Shown: positions 9,902 through 18,265 of the stretch, piece by piece
Numbering within the stretch: the first letter of the stretch is position 1
Layout: every line of letters starts with the position of its first letter
DNA from: Candidatus Binatia bacterium
Lineage (GTDB): Bacteria; Desulfobacterota; Binatia; Bin18
Assembly (NCBI GenBank): GCA_963666315.2
Contig: CAXXHG010000040.1
Location: forward strand, 1-64,000
Reading direction: 5' to 3'
Length of the DNA: 64,000 nt
The notes under the pieces: generated by a model
The model's input: only the letters and a program-made list of their open reading frames with translations
Databases searched by the model: none
Told to the model about the DNA's origin: nothing
Position numbers and translations under genes: made by a program

Positions 9902-10010
9902 GACTCTGCGAGCGCGTCATAGGCGTTCGCAGGAAAGAGGGCGCTTCTCCCCTTTGTCTCCGACATTTTTTCGCGTAAACAAGGCGAGCACGTTGAAAAG
10001 GGGGCTGCGT

Positions 10011-10805
10011 ATGGGACAACTTGATAATAAAATCGCTATCATTACCGGATCCGGTCGAGGACAAGGTTTGGTTGCCGCACGTTTGTTTGCCTGAGAGGGC
10101 GCACGGATAGTCGTTAATGACCTGGATGCCGGATCAGTTGATGCCGCCGTTGCATCTATTAAGGACGCTGGAGGTGTAGCGGTCGGTGCGATCGGCGACG
10201 TCTCCAAAGCTGCTGACGTGCAGGCCACCCTCCAGACGGCCCAGGATGCCTTTGGCGGATTTGACATTCTGTATAATAACGCGGGTATCGGCTACTCGGC
10301 CACGCAGCGCTTCGGCATTGCCATGAGCGATGTTGTGAATTGCACTGAAGATGACTGGCATCGCATTTTGGACATCAACGTCGGCGGGATTTTTCTGTTT
10401 TGCAAATACGGAATTCCTAAGCTGATCGAACGTGGCGGCGGGATTATTATTAATACCGCCTCTATCGCCGCTTTGCGGGGTGGCGCTGACGCGCATGCCT
10501 ACACCGCCAGTAAAGGTGCGATTCTTGCCCTGACCCGCGCCGTTGCCGTGACGTATGGACCGAAAGGCATCCGAGCGAATACCCTCTGTCCGGGCGTGAT
10601 CGATACCGAGATGATCCACGCTGCCTTGATCGACAAGAATGACATTAGTGAGACCCTCGCCCGGAGTACGCCGCTCAAACGCAATGGCAGGCCTGAAGAG
10701 GTTGCCGATGTGGCTCTCTTCCTGGCAAGCGATCAGTCACGCTTTGTCACCGGCGAAGCGTTTGCCGTAGACGGTGGCATTATCCAAAGCATTGGTCTGT
10801 CCTAA
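10011..10805 (+). pseudogene. SDR oxidoreductase with an in-frame TGA at codon 28
   Basis: MGQLDNKIAIITGSGRGQG..LFA*EGA (TGA 10092-10094); the rest is intact with NNAG and YTASK. Confidence 0.8.
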
Positions 10806-10832
10806 TCGGACTGCTGAAAAAAGGACAAGAGT

Positions 10833-11780
10833 ATGGAGCAGGAACAACTCGTCAAAGTGTTTAAGACCGCGGTCCTGGCCCGCCGCTTTGAGGCGAAGAT
10901 CGTAGAGCTGGCTATGGCGGGTGAACTCGCGCCCTCGCTGCATGTCGGCGCAGGCCAAGAGGTGGCGCAGATTGCGGCCATCGAGGCACTCAATCCGGAC
11001 GACTATATTTTGTACGGCCATCGTGGACTGGCGTATATGATCGCCCGTGGCGTCAGCTTGGCCGACATGCTGGCCGATTTTGCGGGCAAGGAAGGTGCAA
11101 CGAGTCGCGGCAAGGGTGGCGTCATGCATGTAGTGGACGTACCGAAGGGAATTCTTGGTGAGAGCGGTACCGTGGGGGGCGGTTTTGTAATCTCGGTCGG
11201 GGTAGGCATGGCCCTTAAGCGTAAGCAGCCGGGCAAGGTGGTAGTCTATTTCTTTGGTGACGGGACATCCAACCGTGGCACCTTCCACGAGTCCCTGAAC
11301 TGGGCTGCGGTACAGCAGTTACCGTGTATATACTTCTGCGAGAATAATGGTTTTGCGGTTTCCGTACCGACCAGTCGCTCGACCTCGGTGGAAAATATCG
11401 CCGATCGCGCCGCTGGTTATGGCGTGCCTGGGGTGGTGATTGACGGCAACGACCCCCTGGCTGTGCACGAAGTCATGCAGCAGGCAGTCGCACGCGCGCG
11501 CGCCGGCCAAGGACCAACGTTGATTGAAGTCAAAGTCACCCGCCTGAAGGGCCATTATGTGGCAGATCAGCAGGAGTATCGTGCAGACCGCGACACAGTC
11601 GCAGAAAAAGATCCTTTACCCAAACTGCAGCAAACGCTTCTGGACAGAGGTGCGCTCAGCCAACAAGATCTCGCGGATATTGCGGCTGATGCTGATCAGC
11701 AGATCGATGCAGCAGTGGAAACAATGCGGGGAGCGCCGCTGCTTGGACCGGAAGTGGCTCTTCAAGATCTCTATGCTTAG
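10833..11780 (+). CDS. TPP-dependent 2-oxoacid/acetoin dehydrogenase E1 alpha subunit
   Basis: GQE, HRG, GKGGVMH, GDGTSNRGTFHESLN..ENN TPP motif, RLKGHY. Confidence 0.92.
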   Translation: MEQEQLVKVFKTAVLARRFEAKIVELAMAGELAPSLHVGAGQEVAQIAAIEALNPDDYILYGHRGLAYMIARGVSLADMLADFAGKEGATSRGKGGVMHVVDVPKGILGESGTVGGGFVISVGVGMALKRKQPGKVVVYFFGDGTSNRGTFHESLNWAAVQQLPCIYFCENNGFAVSVPTSRSTSVENIADRAAGYGVPGVVIDGNDPLAVHEVMQQAVARARAGQGPTLIEVKVTRLKGHYVADQQEYRADRDTVAEKDPLPKLQQTLLDRGALSQQDLADIAADADQQIDAAVETMRGAPLLGPEVALQDLYA

Positions 11781-11791
11781 GAAAGGCGGAT

Positions 11792-11816
11792 AGGGATTAG
11801 AGGTTGGGGGTTGGGG
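11792..11816 (+). repeat. G-rich 7-bp tandem repeat array (left flank of four-helix-bundle gene)
   Basis: agggatt agaggtt gggggtt gggg. Confidence 0.75.
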
Positions 11817-11821
11817 AAGGT

Positions 11822-12211
11822 ATGGAGAAAACCTCAAAGATCAGTGGTTTCCGCGACCTCCGGGTGTGGCAAGGAGGGATGGACTTGGTGGAACAAGTAT
11901 ACCGGCTAACACGAGAGTTTCCAAAGCATGAGCTGTATGGTTTGGTGGGCCAAATGCAAAGGGCCGCTGTTTCGGTCCCTCTAAATATCGCGGAAGGTCA
12001 TACGCGCGATTCTAGCAAAGAATATCTCCGTCACCTCTCGATAGCTCGCGCATCCTTGGCTGAACTGCAAACACAACTTGAGATTGCCGAACGCCTTCAG
12101 TATTGCTCCTCTCAAAATCTTAGCCAACTGCTCAGCCAGTCTGACACGTTGGCCAGGCAACTTTCCGCATTGCGGAATGCTCTTCTAAAGGCGCTGACCC
12201 CTAATCCCTAA
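11822..12211 (+). CDS. Four helix bundle protein (23S rRNA IVS-protein family)
   Basis: FRDLRVWQ, FPKHELYGL..QMQRAAVSVPLNIAEG, HLSIARASLAELQTQLEIA. Confidence 0.92.
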   Translation: MEKTSKISGFRDLRVWQGGMDLVEQVYRLTREFPKHELYGLVGQMQRAAVSVPLNIAEGHTRDSSKEYLRHLSIARASLAELQTQLEIAERLQYCSSQNLSQLLSQSDTLARQLSALRNALLKALTPNP

Positions 12212-12223
12212 CTCTCAACCCCT
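12196..12223 (+). repeat. C-rich 7-bp tandem repeat array (right flank, inverted relative to left)
   Basis: gacccct aatccct aactctc aacccct; contains the gene's TAA stop. Confidence 0.75.
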
Positions 12224-12236
12224 TCTAGGAGTTTTT

Positions 12237-13217
12237 ATGCCGACAATTACCTATAGTCAGGCGATCAATCAGGCCCTGGCCGAAGAAATGCAGCGCGATG
12301 AGGACGTTATCCTGTACGGTCAAGATGTGGCCGTGTGGGGCGGCATCTTCAAGGTCACGCAAGGGCTGCTGGAAAAATTCGGGCCAGACCGCGTATTCGA
12401 CTCACCGATCTCAGAAAATGTGATGGTCGGTGCCGGTGTCGGCGCAGCCTCGATGGGCCTGCGGCCAGTGGTCGAACTCCAGTTTGCCGATTTTATTATC
12501 ACCGCAGGTGATGAAATATTCTTTAAGGCCGGCATGTGGCGCTATATGCATGGCGGGGCGTATACCATTCCGCTGGTTGTTCGCGGGCCGTCCGGAGGGT
12601 CGGGTTTTGGGCCCGAGCACTCGGCCTGCCCAGAGGCGTTCATCATGCACTCGCCGGGTTTGCTGTGTGCCGTGCCTTCAACGCCGGAAGATGCCAAAGG
12701 CTTACTCAAACAAGCCATTCGACTCAATAATCCGGTTGTCTATTTTGAGCATAAGCTGTTGTACCAAACGCGGGGCGAAGTGCCGGACGGCGATGTCACT
12801 ATTCCGTTTGGCAAAGCCGTGATCCGGCGCGCAGGCGAGGCTGTGACCATCGTTGCCTGGCAAGACATGCTGCGTCGCACGCTCAAAGCTGCTGATCGAC
12901 TCAGTCAAGAAGGCATTGAGGTCGAGATTATCGACCCGCGCACGCTCAATCCCTTTGACCGCGAGACCATTATTGAGTCGGTCAAAAAGACGGGGGCCTG
13001 CATAGTGGTCGAGGAAGCCTATCGGACGCTGGGTGTTGGGGCAGAAATCGGCGCCATGCTGTTGGAAGACGCGCTGCCGTATATGGATAAGCCCTTCAAA
13101 CGTTTAGCCATTCCTGACGTACCGATTCCAACCAGTCAACATCTGGTCGACGCTATCGTCCCCTCTGTGGACGATATCTACCAAGCAGTCAAAGAACTTA
13201 AAGACCTTGCCGACTGA
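12237..13217 (+). CDS. TPP-dependent dehydrogenase E1 beta subunit
   Basis: DSPISE, GLRPVVELQFADF, GPEHS, NPVVYFEHK, IDPRTLNP. Confidence 0.92.
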   Translation: MPTITYSQAINQALAEEMQRDEDVILYGQDVAVWGGIFKVTQGLLEKFGPDRVFDSPISENVMVGAGVGAASMGLRPVVELQFADFIITAGDEIFFKAGMWRYMHGGAYTIPLVVRGPSGGSGFGPEHSACPEAFIMHSPGLLCAVPSTPEDAKGLLKQAIRLNNPVVYFEHKLLYQTRGEVPDGDVTIPFGKAVIRRAGEAVTIVAWQDMLRRTLKAADRLSQEGIEVEIIDPRTLNPFDRETIIESVKKTGACIVVEEAYRTLGVGAEIGAMLLEDALPYMDKPFKRLAIPDVPIPTSQHLVDAIVPSVDDIYQAVKELKDLAD

Positions 13218-13224
13218 GGCTGAC

Positions 13225-14892
13225 GTGCCGAATACTACAGTCTTGATGCCCAAACTCGGTCAAGCTATGACCGAGGGCTCAGTCGTTCTGTGGCACCGAA
13301 AAGACGGTGAACGGGTTGAAGCCGGGGCAGTTCTGGTCACGGTTGAGACCGACAAGGCGACCTATGACCTTGAAGCTACCGCCAGCGGAACAGTCCATAT
13401 TATTATCCAAGAAGGCGAAGAGGTTCCCATCGATACCGTCATCGCCGAGATTGGAGACGCGCCAGTACAGACGGCTTCGGCGGCTCCTGTTGCCCCTCAA
13501 GCCGTCGTTCAGCACAAACAAACGTCGTCCAAGCAGCGTGTCCTGGCTTCTCCGAAGGCCAAACGACTTGCCGCTCAACGGGGCATAGACCTGTCTACGC
13601 TCACGCCCTCTGGTGCAGATGGAATTATCTCAGCCTCAGATGTAGAGAACGCGGTTGCAGCGCCAAAGACACCGGCCTTGGCTTCAGGTTCTGCTGTGAG
13701 CGGACGTATCGAACGGGAACGTCGAAAGCTCATCGGCATGCGGAAAGCTTCCGCTCGACGGGTGCAAGAAGCGTGGCAAACAATCCCGCATATCGTCCAG
13801 ATGATAGACTTGGACGCCACGGCGCTGCGCGCTATGCGAAAGCAGCTTAAGCAAGAAGCGCCTGCGATCACGCTCAACGACGTGCTCTTACACACGGCTG
13901 CTCGTGTCCTGACCGGGCTGCCGGATCTCAACGGGACGATCCAGAATGATGAGCTTGTTCTGTACGATGGCGTTGATATCGGCTTTGCCGTAGGTTCTCC
14001 GCGAGGCTTGCTCGTCCCGGTCATTCGTCGTGCAGACACGCTGTCTATGGCCCAGTTGGTAGCAGAAAGTCAGCGGCTCATCGAAGCCGGCCGTACTGGC
14101 CAGCTGGGTCCGGATGATATGGGCAACGCCAGTCTGACGGTCTCTAATTTGGGAATGTTCGGTATCCAAGCGGGAACGCCGGTGATCAATCTCGGCGAGC
14201 CGATTCTCGTTTTTGTCGGTGCTGTTGAGGATCGACCGGTGGTGGTTAACGGACAGATCGTCGTCCGGCCTATGATGACGCTGAGTATTGCCTATGATCA
14301 CCGCATTGCAGATGGCGTTGCGGCTTCTCGGTTTAGCCAGGGTTTGAAACAGGCGTTGGAGAATCTAGAGTCTGAGGTTCAAAGTTCCAAGCCTGTCCTG
14401 AGCGCAGTCGAAGGATCGAAAGTTCAAAGTCTACCCCCCAACCCCCAATCCCTAACTCCTAATCCCCAAGACAGGCTTGGAAAGCGGGAGTTGCACTCTG
14501 TTTCAGCCGGAGAAAGATATGAGGTTCAGGTCCACAGTCAAAACCATGTGTGGACGCTCGATGAGCCAAACAGCGATGGTGGAAACGACGCAGGGCCGGA
14601 TCCCGTCACCGCCTTCTTGGGCGCCTTGCTCTCGTGCATGACTATCGCGTTTAAAGCGGCCGCCCGCCGCCGCAAGGTTACGATTGATCGCATTGAGGGG
14701 CATATCAACGCGACTCCAAAAGGCCATGTGAAAGAGATTGTATTGACTTTAGAAGTCTGGAGTCCTGCGGCTGAGCAGGATTTGAAGATCTTGCTCGAAC
14801 GAGCAGAACGCGGGTGTTATGTGAGTGGGGTGCTGAAGCCAGAGATTAATTTTGCCGTTGAACTTACCATTCACTCGACGGAAGCTTCATAG
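13225..14892 (+). CDS. Dihydrolipoamide acyltransferase (E2) fused to a C-terminal OsmC/Ohr-family domain
   Basis: Lipoyl domain MPKLGQAMTEG..VETDKAT; subunit-binding domain ASPKAKRLA..GSGADG-like; catalytic YDHRIADG; then DEP..GGNDAGPDP..LGALLSCMT and AERGCYVS (two OsmC Cys). Confidence 0.88.
   Translation: MPNTTVLMPKLGQAMTEGSVVLWHRKDGERVEAGAVLVTVETDKATYDLEATASGTVHIIIQEGEEVPIDTVIAEIGDAPVQTASAAPVAPQAVVQHKQTSSKQRVLASPKAKRLAAQRGIDLSTLTPSGADGIISASDVENAVAAPKTPALASGSAVSGRIERERRKLIGMRKASARRVQEAWQTIPHIVQMIDLDATALRAMRKQLKQEAPAITLNDVLLHTAARVLTGLPDLNGTIQNDELVLYDGVDIGFAVGSPRGLLVPVIRRADTLSMAQLVAESQRLIEAGRTGQLGPDDMGNASLTVSNLGMFGIQAGTPVINLGEPILVFVGAVEDRPVVVNGQIVVRPMMTLSIAYDHRIADGVAASRFSQGLKQALENLESEVQSSKPVLSAVEGSKVQSLPPNPQSLTPNPQDRLGKRELHSVSAGERYEVQVHSQNHVWTLDEPNSDGGNDAGPDPVTAFLGALLSCMTIAFKAAARRRKVTIDRIEGHINATPKGHVKEIVLTLEVWSPAAEQDLKILLERAERGCYVSGVLKPEINFAVELTIHSTEAS
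14362..14469 (+). repeat. In-frame composite repeat forming the E2-OsmC linker
   Basis: agttcaa-type heptamers around cctgtcctgagcgcagtcgaagga, followed by aaccccc/aatccct heptamers. Confidence 0.7.
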
Positions 14893-14945
14893 GTGAGTGA
14901 AGGAGGTGTAAAGCCTTCTCAGCAAAACTGTGCGTTGTGTTATTG

Positions 14946-15032
14946 CCGTTCCCCTTCGACAGGCTCCGGGCGAACGGAAATAACGGCGCTGGACACAGCT
15001 CGTTCGTGCTGAGCCTGTCGAAGCATGAACGG
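14946..15032. repeat. REP-like palindromic repeat (CCCTTCGAC-GCTC-GG family)
   Basis: cccttcgacaggctccgggcgaacgg and the inverted ccgttcgtgctgagcctgtcgaagc; related motifs at 14392, 17389 and 40970. Confidence 0.7.
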
Positions 15033-15156
15033 GCACGAATGCACAACTTCAATAGAGACATGCCAGCAGCGTGCGCTATGCACGCGTCAAATCCCACCAG
15101 CAGTGTAGCGCAATCGAAATCGAAGGACCTGCGGCTGCGGTTGTCCGTTTAGGTCC

Positions 15157-16027
15157 TCAGCAGGTGAGAAGGCGTATCCGAAACTCCTCGTATGAATAAA
15201 CGTAGCGCTTAGCATGTCCTAAAGGTGCGATGCGCTTAAAGAGTTGTCTCTGAGGGGGATCCGCAGTGACAAAAACAAAGCCAGGAGGACCGCTGAGGTA
15301 GACAGATTGCATTACATCAACGTATCCAGGAGCTCTGCTACCGCCTCTATATTTTTTATCTTTCATAGCTCTATCGAAGATGTTTATGCCCAGGGCCCCA
15401 GAAAGAAAACGCCAAGCTTCAACTTTCTGAAGAACAGATCTGGATGATGGTTGAGACACACCAGAGAATCCACAAGCTGCAAAAAGAGGAGAAAAGAGAT
15501 TTCCTAGTCTATCGATATGAGCGAACCCGCTACGGATAAATTCACTAGAAGAATTTTTGAGTCTCGGGTCGATAGGAAGAGCCTTGGGCGAGTGAACGAA
15601 TAAGATCTGATCGGATGTTTTCAACGGTCTCACGGAAAAGTTGCTCTTTGTGCTTGTTACTGGAACGGAGACATTGTTGAGCCTCTTCGGTGATAATCCC
15701 TGGATCGTTGATAACAGTCCAGAGACCATCATTAGCAGTGCTCACGACCATCTCAGAATCACCCTGTATAAAAGACTTGAGGGATCTCTCTAAGATCTCT
15801 CCACAATGAGCGAGCGGTCTAGATCCACACGAAAGCCTTTTCGCCATTTCCAGAAGACTGGTCCGTCTGACTCCATCCGTTGTGGTAGAAATTTCGTCAA
15901 TATTGTGCTGACTAATACGTACGAGGGGGTCAGAAGAAGAAAGAAACTGGACGAGCTTATTCGACTGGGGGTCATCGTGGAGATGATTTAGGGCACTGGT
16001 GTCGAAATAGACATTCACAAGAGTCAA
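15157..16027 (-). pseudogene. AT-rich hypothetical gene with PIN-like N-terminus, split over two overlapping frames
   Basis: VYFDTSALNHL..ISQHNIDEI; ORFs 15545-16027 and 15157-15732 overlap; C-part has DVMQSVY..FVFVTAD. Confidence 0.5.
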
Positions 16028-16066
16028 ATGTACATCCTTCTCTGCCCTACCAAGTAGATGCTAATC

Positions 16067-16356
16067 TCATAACGGTCTTGCTTCTTGTAGTATCCGGTCT
16101 CGAATCCGCTGACGGAGCCCTTTTTCCGTGACAACATCTACCGGATGGCCAAGAAGCTCTTGCAGGTCCATCAACAGACCCCCCAGATTAAGGAGGCTCC
16201 GCCCTCTCTCTAGGTCGACGAGGAAGTCGATATCATTATCGGGTCTGACCTCGTCACGTGCGACCGATCCAAATGCACGAACGTTGCGAGCGCCATGGCG
16301 AGCTGCAATCTCGGAGATTGCTTCACGTTTTTTTTGACCAACTCAGAAAGACTCAT
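16067..16356 (-). pseudogene. MntA-type minimal nucleotidyltransferase, frameshifted in an A8 run
   Basis: [42 protein letters not shown]; ATG at 16356 is out of frame across the 16328-16335 homopolymer. Confidence 0.75.
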
Positions 16357-16424
16357 CAGGAGACCACTGTATCAAAGTCTGAGAGAAATTTCCTTACCTT
16401 GGCCGAGAGAAAATCCCTCTGGAT

Positions 16425-17360
16425 TTACGCAGTTAACGCTGCCTTCAACCCTGCGGCCGCCTCTTCAAGCGCCTGCCCTGCTGGTTCGATCACCTTGGCC
16501 ATTCCTATAAAGCCATGAATTAACCCTTCAAAACATTTGTATTCAACTGCTACCCCTGCTTCGCGGAGTTTAGCTGCATACGCTGCTCCCTCGTCCCGCA
16601 ATGGATCGTATTCTGCAGTGGCAACAAAGGCGGGGGGGAGAGAGCGGCATTGGTCGGTCGATGCTCGTAGCGGTGAAGCTAATGGATTTTGTCCGTCTGC
16701 ATCACTGGCGAGGTATTGATCCCAGAACCACACCATCATCTCAGTTGTTAGAAAATAGCCTTCTGCATTTTCTTTGTGTGACGGCATATCAAATGCGTGA
16801 GCCGTGACCGGGTACATGAGAAGTTGATAGACGAGAGAAGGCAGGCCACTTTCTTGCGCCTTTAGGGTAACCGCCGCTGCCAGGTTAGCACCTGCGCTTT
16901 CACCACCAACAGCAATCCGAGAGGCATCTCCGTTTAAGGCTGCCGCGTTTAACGCTACCCACCGTGTCGCAGCGTAACAGTCGTCGACCGCTGCCGGAAA
17001 CTTGTCCTCTGGTGCGAGTCGATAGTCTGCGGAGATAACCATACAGGCGGCGAGATTGGTAAACGCACGGCAGGACGCATCTACAGTATTAATGCTGCCG
17101 ACGACCCAGCCGCCGCCGTGGAAATAGACAAGAATAGGAAATGGCCCCTGACCCTCAGGCGTGTAGATACGGATGAGTTGTTTGCCTGCAACGCCGGGGA
17201 TCATCCGATCTTCGACATTGTCAACCGGCTCGGGGTCATCTGGAACGCCGCGCATCGTTTCCATGGCGCTGCGCGCTTCTTGCGGCGACATATGGTGGAG
17301 TGGCGGCCCCGCAGCGGCCATTTGCTCGATAGCTTTTTCGACTTGTGGATGCAGTGGCAT
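16425..17360 (-). CDS. HSL-family esterase/lipase (alpha/beta hydrolase)
   Basis: HGGGW, DYRLAPE, GESAG, DPLRDEG, HGF. Confidence 0.92.
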   Translation of the reverse strand: MPLHPQVEKAIEQMAAAGPPLHHMSPQEARSAMETMRGVPDDPEPVDNVEDRMIPGVAGKQLIRIYTPEGQGPFPILVYFHGGGWVVGSINTVDASCRAFTNLAACMVISADYRLAPEDKFPAAVDDCYAATRWVALNAAALNGDASRIAVGGESAGANLAAAVTLKAQESGLPSLVYQLLMYPVTAHAFDMPSHKENAEGYFLTTEMMVWFWDQYLASDADGQNPLASPLRASTDQCRSLPPAFVATAEYDPLRDEGAAYAAKLREAGVAVEYKCFEGLIHGFIGMAKVIEPAGQALEEAAAGLKAALTA

Positions 17361-17375
17361 ATGGTTTCCTTTCAC

Positions 17376-17420
17376 AGTTCAAAGTCTACCCTGAGCAGGG
17401 TCGAAGGGTTCAAGGTTCAA
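17376..17420. repeat. Composite repeat: heptamers around cctgagc..gtcgaagg
   Basis: agttcaaagtctaccctgagcagggtcgaagggttcaaggttcaa matches the element at 14375-14432. Confidence 0.65.
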
Positions 17421-17421
17421 A

Positions 17422-18204
17422 CTACGTGAGAAAATTGCGGACGAGTTGGGTAAATTCATCCGGCTTTTCTAAGGGTGGACAGTTCCCGCACTGCGGCAGA
17501 ATCTCTAAGCGTGAACCGGATATGGCTTGCTGGTATAATTCGCCACACTCGAGTGGCACGATCCGGTCGTCTTGTCCCCACACGATCAGCGTTGGCATAC
17601 GTACCCGGCCCAACAGGCCCGGCAGGCTGGGGCTGAACATATACGGCTTCCAACAGTAGCGAACGACGGTTTCCTGATTGCGTGCCCGGACTTCTCGTTC
17701 TTCCTTGGACGGCTTGTCTGCAAACAGCTCTTCATATTCGGGGATCTGCTGCAGATCGAAATAGGCAAGTTGCCGGGTCCCTTGCAGGCCGTGCAGAAAG
17801 ATATCGGCGATCTCCCCCTGCTGAGGTTGAATACCGGCGGCATCAATCAAAATAAGACCGTCAAGGCTGTGGGGCGACATGACTGCCATTTCCGCTGCCA
17901 GCCAGCCGCCCATGAAGTGTCCGGCTAGTGTGACGTTCTTGAGATCGAGTTGATCCAGGAGCCACAGGCTGAACCGAGCTAGGTCGGCAAAGGTTTCTAA
18001 CCATGGCGGGCGTTCGGACTTGCCAAAACCGGGACACGTCGGGGCGTATACAGTGAAATGCTCGGCCAGCTGTGCATGGTAACGCCGCCAACCCAGATTG
18101 CCTTCGATGCTGTGCAACATGACGAGGGGTTGCCCCCGTCCGCCTTTGAGGAAGTGGATGTTAGCTCCCGCGACCTCAACAAAGTGTTCTTCGTATGCTG
18201 TCAT
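17422..18204 (-). CDS. Alpha/beta hydrolase-fold protein lacking catalytic Ser and His
   Basis: PGFGKSERP, GHFMGGW (for GHSMGG), PTLIVWGQDDRIVP, CGNCPPLEKP (for CGH). Confidence 0.85.
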   Translation of the reverse strand: MTAYEEHFVEVAGANIHFLKGGRGQPLVMLHSIEGNLGWRRYHAQLAEHFTVYAPTCPGFGKSERPPWLETFADLARFSLWLLDQLDLKNVTLAGHFMGGWLAAEMAVMSPHSLDGLILIDAAGIQPQQGEIADIFLHGLQGTRQLAYFDLQQIPEYEELFADKPSKEEREVRARNQETVVRYCWKPYMFSPSLPGLLGRVRMPTLIVWGQDDRIVPLECGELYQQAISGSRLEILPQCGNCPPLEKPDEFTQLVRNFLT

Positions 18205-18265
18205 CTTTGTGTCTCTTCTTGTAGGCAGGCTCCGCTCTTGAGCACTGGGTCCCTACCATTCTGCG

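Noticed and set aside
4228-9960. Integron cassette array
   Set aside because: No integron integrase and no clear RYYYAAC...GTTRRRY attC boundaries seen; gene orientations are mixed
10092-10094. Selenocysteine recoding of the in-frame TGA in the SDR
   Set aside because: The position is a non-catalytic Arg/Lys-type site rather than a Cys site, and no convincing SECIS hairpin follows
11822-12211. Diversity-generating retroelement (Avd-like protein)
   Set aside because: No reverse transcriptase and no TR/VR repeat pair seen in the window
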